A stretch of DNA of 55,122 bases, filler included, from Sphacelaria rigidula (Eukaryota), in the NCBI GenBank assembly GCA_964200075.2. It is 6 parts of 6 records of this genome, joined end to end, with 100 filler letters (N's around TTAATTAATTAA, not from the genome) between each part and the next. Parts side by side here need not be neighbours in the genome. Positions count along the whole stretch, not along the records: positions 46,021 to 55,122 come from CAXNAA020009292.1; 5 more parts are not named here. One strand, given 5' to 3'. Shown piece by piece: positions 48,271-55,122 of the stretch (position 1 is its first letter; each line of letters starts with the position of its first letter). Both the position numbers and the translations under genes were made by a program. A model generated the notes under the pieces. It made no database searches and had not been told where the DNA came from. It was given only the letters and a program-made list of their open reading frames with translations.

Positions 48271-48974
48271 CTCCGTGCGGTATAGGAATTACTAGACATG
48301 GGATTTAATCAACGAAAACAAGTGGCCCAGACTTCTGAGCACATGGGCACCTTCCCCATGATCAGGCGAGTAATACGATATGCAGATCACGGCCCAACTT
48401 GTCGGTGTCGACGAAATATTGCTTTGAGAGCTTAACTCCGCGTCTAGGCCGGCCCAGCTCGTATCGCGTCTCAGGTCTTAAGACTTGAGCTTCAAAATTT
48501 CGTGTGGAAAATCGCTACTGCTTTGTAGAATAGAAACACTTTTTTTTCCTTCACTTTTTTCACTTTTTCCCCCATTTTTGGGGGGATTTTTGAGGGAAAA
48601 TGAACATTGCACTTGAACCTCATCTCAGTTTCTTAGCTCATTCTTTCAAATGTGATTTGAAACTTAGCATGGAGAACCACAGCGAGGTATGATGCATAAA
48701 AAAATGGGCCTTTACCTTTCTTTGCTTGGGGAAGTTGGGGCTTTCTCGTGAAAATATGGCCGTTATCATACTAAAGCGCCCTAAACCAGTGAAAAAAATG
48801 ATAAATATCAACCTGACCCACTTATTATGTTTATTATGCCCTAACGAGGTCCCACACATAATTGCAACACACAAACACCTAACATGGACCGATAAGTGGC
48901 CTGCAAAATGTTGTTCCGAATTTTTACCGGCATGGTTGTTAAACGGCCCATTCACAGCTCAATAGTTAGACGTG

Positions 48975-49262
48975 AACCCCTAAAATTTTGTATGGACAAT
49001 GACTATGGCGTCATAAAAAATATTCTTTCTGGACCCGAAGAGTGTTTTGTAATTGTTTCATGAGTTGAAGGCAATAATCGGTATCCAGATTTCATTTAAA
49101 TGCCGTTAACTTGTGAACAAAAAATGAAACCTACCGTCCGGATTTTTTTTTTATTATTATGCCCTATTCATTCCCCGTACAAAATTTGAAAGTCCAACTC
49201 TCAAAATTGAGGTGAGGCGGGGCCTGCAGACTACAAATTCGCGTCTAGGCTGGACCAGCTCG
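48975..49262 (-). mobile_element. Right end of a CGAGCTGGGCC-family MITE
   Basis: ...gcgtctaggctggaccagctcg|TA; another right end lies at 48440-48461. Confidence 0.75.
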
Positions 49263-49587
49263 TACATACACCCAGTTGCGGGTGAGGATTTTTCTGTACA
49301 GCCTTCATATACCGCGTACCCGACATGCTCTGTAAGTTCTGTAAAAACTCAATACCAATACTTGGCAGCTTTATAATTCATGGAAGAGTTCCACACCGGT
49401 ACCCGACAGTTCTGTAAGTTCTGTACGAAATCTCATGCCGTACCAAACATTCACGTACCCTACAGAAGACAACGCTAAAAAAATTGATCTCGACTTCGTC
49501 CCATAGTGGAGGTATCTCAAACTCGATATTCCCGGTATATTTCACAGTAATTTACAGACAAGTATACCGGAAACCTCGAGTTTGATA

Positions 49588-49870
49588 CAAGCTGGGCCAG
49601 CCTAGAAGCGCATTTGTAGTTTGCAGGCCCATTCGCAGCTCAACATTCAGAGTTGGGCCCTAATTTGGTATGAGCAATGAATATAGGGCATGAAATTATC
49701 ATTCGTGGGCCCAAATATATATATATATATATATATATTGATGATTGAACGCCATTTTACCGTACAGTCCAGTTTTTTTTACTATACCAATTCTTTTTCC
49801 GTACCAAAATTGGAAGTCCAACCCTCAAAATCGGGCTCACCTCCCACAGATGGGGTCAACTCAAAGTGAA
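49588..49870 (+). mobile_element. Left end of a CGAGCTGGGCC-family MITE with an internal (TA)n
   Basis: TA|CAAGCTGGGCCAGCCTAGAAGCG..., collinear with the copy at 17139. Confidence 0.75.
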
Positions 49871-50129
49871 ATAGAAGGTTTTCGACCGAAGCGCGCCAAG
49901 CGCGATTATAGCCGAGCGCTCACAAGACAACACTCGAAAGAAATTGAGGACTCGTTTAGAATCAGGGGAAGAATGGACACATGGAATATGTCGCTGTCCT
50001 GTTTCACAGTGCTGTTGTAGAACGAACACTCTCACCACACGCGGCCGTTTGGCTACCCCCCAAAATTCCTCCACACACACCAGAACTGCTGCCTTTAGAG
50101 GGAGAAAAGGCTCCGGAGGCGTACAACCC

Positions 50130-50490
50130 CTCTGGACGCTGAGTAGTAAATCCCTCCACTGGGATCAAAACACCGCCAGAGGAATGGCCCACACAAGTTC
50201 ACTCTAGAGGGGGAGGGAGATGGAGCCCCCCTAGGGAGGCTATTTGCACTTTGGAGGATCCAATATAATATAAAATCCCTCTAGAAGTCACTAATAATTC
50301 CTCTAGCAGTGTTGGTAAACTCCTCTTCAGGGATTGAATATCGCTAGAGCAATAGTCCCAACACAAAGTCACTCTGGAGGGAGGGAGATGGAGCCCCGCC
50401 CTTGAAGAGATTGTGTGCTTTTTGGAGGATCCAACGCAAAATGAAATCCCTCTGGAGGTCATTAGTTCCTCTAGCGGTGTTTAATCCCTC
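50130..50490. repeat. 170-bp tandem duplication
   Basis: actct.gaggg..gggagatggagcccc at 50201 and 50371. Confidence 0.85.
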
Positions 50491-50850
50491 CAGTTGATTT
50501 TCCAGAGGGATTAAACACGTCCATGGACAAAATTGATCCCTTCAGAGTGGCTAATTTCCGCCTGGAGGGATTTTTCGGGGTAGCCAAATGGCCGCGTGTG
50601 ACGCCCTCTCTCATATGCTGTAGCTGTCACTGTGTTGTGGTGTGTACCTTTGCAAAGACGGTTTGATCTCCGCTGGGACTGACTGAGTCGCTTTATTGTC
50701 ATTGTATTCGTCTCTACGGGAAAAAAATGTTGGTCGGCACGTAGTGCACGATGTTTTCGGGAGATTGAAAGTAGCAGATCTGATTGAGAGTCAACAATTT
50801 ATTCGGGAGACAGCCTCATGCACCTTTCGAATTGATGCACTGAGGCTAGG

Positions 50851-51375
50851 TAACCGTCGTTGCGGGCTGCGTTTTAGAATGGTTGGCACAATTTTACAAG
50901 TATCGCTACCCTTCACACGTCGGACAATTCATCTCAGATAACTCATTTTTGTACAACCCAGCTGTTGAGATACACTGTATAACTCAGCGGTATCTATTTC
51001 CACTGGCAGAGCTATATAATTTAGCCCAGCGGTACCATTTTCCACCAGCTGAGGTATATGGTGTAACCCAGCGAGCGGTACCTTTCCCCACTGGATGGGT
51101 CATATCACAGGACTGAGTTAACCCATGAGTTGTGTCACGTGTGCTACCCTTAACCCTAACCCCAACCCAACGCATACCGAGAACCCTCGGGTAAGGGTGG
51201 AACATATATTCCCTGGGCAAAGTGCGGCCTTGGTAAACCCCACATCGGCGCCTATGGCGCCGATTTCAACGAAAACGCGTTCTGTGCACGCGAGGAGCAC
51301 ACGGGACTGTCAGCCCCACTAAAATTCCGTGTTGGAATGATTGATATCACTTGATTTGAATGTGAACGACGATGG
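50851..51375 (-). repeat. Repeat family T copy interrupted by a hAT MITE
   Basis: Reverse complement of about 38140-38392 and 52190-52458 once 50914-51151 is removed. Confidence 0.85.
50914..51143. mobile_element. 230-bp hAT-type MITE with an 8-bp TSD
   Basis: CTACCCTT|CACACGTCGGACAATTCAT...ATGAGTTGTGTCACGTGTG|CTACCCTT (TSD 50906-13 and 51144-51); interior of about 40-bp tandem units; empty site in the other T copies. Confidence 0.88.
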
Positions 51376-52146
51376 TTAACTAGCCTCGTCTCTACCACCG
51401 CTCCTGTTCCATCCCTCCCGTAGTTGGAGCGTGAGACATCGGGATCCACTTTTTTCGGCATGTACAGTGGTTTAGGTCAACGATCCCGATTCAGTTGACC
51501 CTCCATAATGTTTGATGGGCGGCGAACGGAAACAAAGTAGAGATATGTCCTGAAAGCTCTCGCAGAGGTGGAGGGAACTAGCGCACCAGCAGAAGAAAAA
51601 TATAAAAAAGGAAAAAAGTGGTCGAGACCTGGGCTCGAACCCACGACCACAAATAAAAAAAACGCCCAACTGAAGAGGTTTTGAACTTGAAAAGTTTCTC
51701 TACTGGCTCACTGAACCAAAGTTCCAAACCACTTGTTTTAGAACCATTTTTGGTCGTAGTATCTGAATCGACCATTTTGCTTTGTTCCCGCTGACCGGGG
51801 GGCCCCGCAAATCGCATTTTTTTAGTTTCGGCACATATTCAAGCGAAGCTTGAATTGAGGATTTTCTCGCGAGCCATTTATCAGGAACGAATGAAAGTTA
51901 GTACATTTGAAAGCTCTTGTCCATAGCTTTCATTTAATATGCACATTGTAGGGTAATACGGTGGGCCAGTTCCAGAACATTTCAAGTAATCTGAATCAGG
52001 ATCCTTGACCCATACCAGTGTAGCAGTACAACTCCACCTCTGTCTCATCCGTGCCTCCTCCTCGATAGAGGGCTTGGCCTACACAAACCCCCGACTGTGC
52101 GCATTTTGTTGTCATGTAGCTCGTTGAATGGTGACACGTCGATCCA

Positions 52147-52458
52147 GTAGAGTTTACCGGCGTTGGGCTACATTTTAGAACGGTTGGTATTACTTTATTT
52201 GAATGTGGACGACGAGAATCGGAATTTTGGTGGGGCTGACGGTCCCGTGTGCTCCACGCGTGCACAGAACACGTTTTCGTAAAAATCGGCGCCACAGGCG
52301 CCGATTTTGGGTCTACCAAGGCCGCACTTTGCCTAGGGAATATATGTTCCGCCCTTACCTGAGGATTCTCGGTATGCGTTGGGTTGGGGTTGGCGTCAGG
52401 GGTAGCGATACTCTTTGAATTGTGTCAACCATTTAAAAACGTAGCCTGACGACGGTTA
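52147..52458 (+). repeat. Repeat family T copy
   Basis: Collinear with 38105-38392. Confidence 0.85.
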
Positions 52459-52460
52459 AG

Positions 52461-52540
52461 TTCTTCTTCTTCTTCTTCTTCTTCTTCTTCTTCTTCTTCT
52501 CTCGAAGCCGTGGGAACCCGTGGTCACAGACGTAGGCTCA
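52461..52540 (-). repeat. (TTC)n microsatellite, probably the (GAA)n tail of a non-LTR element
   Basis: About 13 TTC units adjacent to gggaacccgtggtc. Confidence 0.6.
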
Positions 52541-52689
52541 TATTTCACTAGCCTCTTGTTATGCTACACGTCAACGTGTCTTGCAACAATTCGAAAGGTG
52601 CAAGTGACCGTCTTTCGAATAAGTTGTTGACTCTCAATCCGATCTGCTACTCTCAATCTCACGAAAACATTTTTAGTGCTGTTTACACG

Positions 52690-53150
52690 CTGTTGAAAAC
52701 GTTATTGTGTGTTGGCTATTTCATCTCCCGTCCAACGAACAAGGCACTTTCCACACCCATCATTTCTATGCTGTAGTTGTCGCTGTGCTGTTGTGCACTT
52801 GGACACTCTACGACGAGCACGGTGCAGTGTGCGCTGGAGAGTGCCTGAACAGCTGTTCTTCTGCATGCCATGTTTCAGTCTGTACATAATTGGAATGGGA
52901 TCAAAGTCCTGTCTACACAACGTTGAAAAAATCACGCGACGCCAGTGCAGCTGCCCGTTGCGTCTTCTTTCGTAGTTCAGTTGTACTCGGGTGCTGTGAT
53001 CGGGGAAGACAAGCAAGGCGGGTCCGTGCAGGTTGGGGCGAACAACTTGAGCCAGCACGGAGCTGCTGTATCCCCAGCGATTGATGGTCGCAGCGGCGCA
53101 ATGTGTGGGCCAACCAAAGCTACTTTGCAACTCATATGCAACTCGTTTCA
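52690..53150 (+). repeat. Repeat family H copy
   Basis: Similar to about 955-1190 and 16520-16700 (tgagccagcacggagctgct). Confidence 0.75.
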
Positions 53151-55122
53151 TTCATCTGATCGGTGACAGGTCGCCGCATTTTCGTATGTTTAAAGGCTCT
53201 GATTGGTCCAAAAACGTTGCATCTCGTATTTCTTGACTCTGCCTCTGGGCCCTATATGCCCAAAATTGAGGTGAGGGGGGGGGCGAATTAGTAACCGGGC
53301 CGGCCGAGTTTCGGAAAAAAATACTGCAGACCACTTACCGGCCCAAGATTGGTTCTTGTGTTTTGAAATTTTTGTGTGGGACCTGGCTAGGGCATAATGG
53401 ACCAAAAAATGGGACAGTTTTTTTTTCATCAGTTCGTGACGTTTATATATAGGAAATACCATTTTTCACGAGAGCGCTCTTAACTCTTACCTAAAAAATA
53501 AAATCAAGGTCCACTCTCTTGCATTTTCAGTACGAGTATGCCTTTGCGATTCTGTATGCGAAGTTTCAAGACACCATTCTAAAAGTTGAGCTGAAAAACT
53601 GAGATGTGGTCCAAGGACGATGTTTACTTTTCCTCAAAACTCCCCTAAACAACGACAGAAATAAGAAGAGAAAGATTTATTTATTTTTAGTAGTATGCAC
53701 TAGCGATTGTCCATACGAAAATTCGAAGCACACCTCTCGAAAACTGAGACGCGAATCCAGATTTAGGCTACTTCTTCTGTATAAAAAAATGACACTTGTT
53801 GAAAAGTGCATTTTTGATCCTTTCCCGTCGTTTCCCCCCCGAAAAGAGGGATAGACGGATGTTGACATCTTAAATTGACTTGCTCTACTCGCTGAGACGC
53901 TTCCAGGGCACCTTTGCGCTTCACGTAGGTCAAAGTTTCGTTTCTGGCCAAATTTGCATTTTCAATAACAAACGGTCAAGTTATAGAAAAACAGGGGGGA
54001 AACTAATAGTGTTTTTTCTAGGGCTGTAACCTGGACCAGTTTGTACTGGCAGTTAAACTGGAACTGGAGTTTAACTCGAACCAGTGATAAGGACTCCAGT
54101 TTATCCAGTTTATTTGAAGTTTGCCGGTACTGGGTATGTTTTTATACCATTTTTAGTATAGTGAGTTCATAACAAAGATGCTTACATGATTACGAACAAA
54201 ATGACGGCAGGATTGGCGTCTGTTCCTGACGACAGTACAGGTACAGACAGTACAGTACAGTACAGTACTCGTGGTCACTACACCTCGAAGTGATATTGCG
54301 GATATATGCAAGGTTTGCGTCGTTTCATCGCACGACGTCTGGAATAAAAAATATCAAACAAACGGTGATGCGCGACCATAGAATACAAAGTACACCATGG
54401 CTTGCAATTCAACTGCATGCGTGCTCGTGGGTCCGGACGTGTATCATTTGGCGCTCTTATCCCCGCGTGCTACCAGCCTTGGCTTGTTTGCGTCCTCCTC
54501 TCCTCAAGGAGAGTCTGCTGCTGCAAATTACAGATGAATGGTTTTCGAATCGCTCACCGTTTTGAATGGCATTTGAATGTCATCCGAGAGCGCCCAAAAA
54601 AACAATCCGAGACCCTCTGCCCCTGTTTTGAATCCTGGAGTTTTTCGGGGGGGGAGGGGGGGGGAGGAGGGAGGGGGTACTAAATCCNNNNNNNNNNGGC
54701 GGTGCGAGGGTAGGCGTTACTAAATCCCATACATGAATAAAAAAAATAAAAAAAAATAAAAAAAATAAAAAGCATATAAAAAATTCAAATTAGTGTTGTT
54801 GAAGCTTTAGCTCTTCGCATACCTCCGGAGCCAAGTAAGGCCAAGTTATATTTATGGGTTTCGGCGATACATTGCACGTCACACTTCCACGACAAGAACA
54901 AGACCAGACAAATACCACAATGCTCTGCAATGCTTGCTCAATCAAGCTAAACGCACCTATCTGCACCGTCAATTCGCGTCCAATGTGCGTCGCATCTTGT
55001 TTTGGTGGTGGCAGATGAGGCCAACAAGCATTGGCGCTACCTCACCCAGGTCGCCTCAAAACGGCTATTTATTGGGTGTTTATTAATGTGAAAAAAAAAA
55101 ACTACGACCGCCGGAGGGGGAG

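Noticed and set aside
54020..54135. hAT-like terminus TAGGGCTGTAAC with ACTGG/CCAGT subterminal repeats
   Set aside because: No partner end or TSD found, so it was not called

Overview
This is eukaryotic, repeat-dominated DNA and not one continuous locus. Five identical 100-nt linkers (44 N + TTAATTAATTAA + 44 N) join six scaffolds of 9106, 9105, 9104, 9103, 9102 and 9102 bp. It is therefore a length-sorted concatenation of unplaced contigs, and adjacency across a linker means nothing. A flagellar gene with GT-AG introns, the style of the Gypsy/Harbinger sequences and TTAGGG-type motifs suggest a stramenopile, probably a brown alga (inference). The only well-supported host gene is the last two exons of a GAS8/DRC4 homologue. 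The rest consists of: nested non-autonomous DNA transposons (TA-, TTA- and 8-bp-TSD MITEs, many of them long palindromes, two with empty-site paralogues inside the window); degraded LTR retrotransposons (chromodomain Gypsy pol plus LTR, gag plus LTR, a solo LTR, a possible Copia RT); a PIF/Harbinger transposase relic; a possible intron-containing Crypton-like tyrosine recombinase relic; tRNA-derived elements; a 55-bp hairpin minisatellite; and short inverted-repeat elements carrying telomere-like motifs. I found no intact novel gene system, and most ORFs in the supplied track look spurious. All protein assignments come from recognising motifs by eye, not from searches.
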